Positions 63,096 through 64,000 of a DNA stretch of 64,000 nt are shown one piece after another; position 1 is the stretch's first letter, and each line of letters opens with the position of its first letter. Both the position numbers and the translations under genes were made by a program. The notes under the pieces were generated by a model. It was given only the letters and a program-made list of their open reading frames with translations. It made no database searches and was not told where the DNA came from. Source of the stretch: Tubulanus polymorphus (Eukaryota; Animalia; Nemertea); NCBI RefSeq assembly GCF_964204645.1, contig NC_134030.1:18374210-18438209 (forward strand), read 5' to 3'.

Positions 63096-64000
63096 GTAAT
63101 GAAGATAACTACTTTAGCAACAATATTTTCCTATATCTATTACTGTATCATGAATATACAATTATTTAGATAATATATGACACCTGACTGTATTTGAAAT
63201 TGTAGCATGTTTTTATATTTTATCATAAAATAAGTTTATTCTAATGCAATTGTTTTTACATTATATAATCATACTATAGGATACGTACATGTTGTTACAA
63301 TGATTTAAATATATAAAGGACCAATGGTCCAGTGGCTCGCCAAACTGGTGTGAAGTAAAATATTTGTTATGTATAGGCTACTAGTACGCAAAAATTAATT
63401 TCATTGAAAATTAAAAAAAGAAAAATATACATGTATCAAAAAGGACTTAATTTTGGTCAGTGATAACTGACTTTTTAACGAGAATGAAATCTTCGAGAAA
63501 TTGATTATGGGAATTTTTGTCTCAACAAATTAATGTTCATTATCTTAATACATCCCTGGAATGACATATAAAACTAAATATAAACATATAAAACTATAAA
63601 ATATAAACACATAAAACTATGAGTGACCAAGTTAATGCAAATTTGAGGCCAAAAAATTTATTGCCTGACTGACATGGTTTGTAATAATTTCATTATAGGA
63701 TTGCTTTTAGTTGGCAGGCAAGCTTTACATCTTCACTCCAGACAAATCGTTGTTACGCGCGATATACACCGTAGCGCGTTTTGACTGATACATACACGCA
63801 GTGAACACGAGAGTATAAGGCGATATTGCATACGCGACTGTACACGTCTCTTTTCAACGCGAACGCTCATCACTGTGCCACGAACTAACATAAATAACAA
63901 ACTAATATAACAAACTAATTAAATAATCAGGCTTCAAAACGGATCGTTAATGCGAACGTCAATAAAATGACTTCAATTAATGATGACAAAACAATTATTT

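Overview
AT-rich animal (invertebrate-type) genomic DNA with GT-AG spliceosomal introns; not prokaryotic. It holds two related, same-strand (+) immunoglobulin-superfamily (IgSF) type I membrane protein genes that the ORF track shows only as fragments. Gene 1 (5363-9208, 5 coding exons, 345 aa) has a signal peptide, one C2-like Ig domain, a TM helix and a tail with tandem YEDP/YMDM/YMDM/YMNI motifs. Gene 2 (12367 to beyond 63095) is leader-A1-B1-C1-A2-B2-A3-B3-A4-B4-C2-D-TM plus Cys-rich micro-exons. Every domain exon is phase 1-1, and the A and B copies have constant frameworks with hypervariable patches. The most unusual structure: each internal A exon is preceded by a tandem array of an 82-bp unit that duplicates the exon's own 3' splice site and first ~15 codons (7, 3 and 7 decoy acceptors). 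Two arrays are split, at nearly the same base of the unit, by 17-19 kb transposon nests. One is a head-to-tail Helentron/HINE-like array carrying a 31-bp satellite. The other is a five-level nest: long-TIR element > solo LTR > Harbinger > LINE > MITE. The window opens with a Penelope-like retroelement whose identical pseudo-LTRs carry a duplicated, unassigned two-hairpin motif rather than a recognisable hammerhead. All coordinates, translations and alignments were done by eye.
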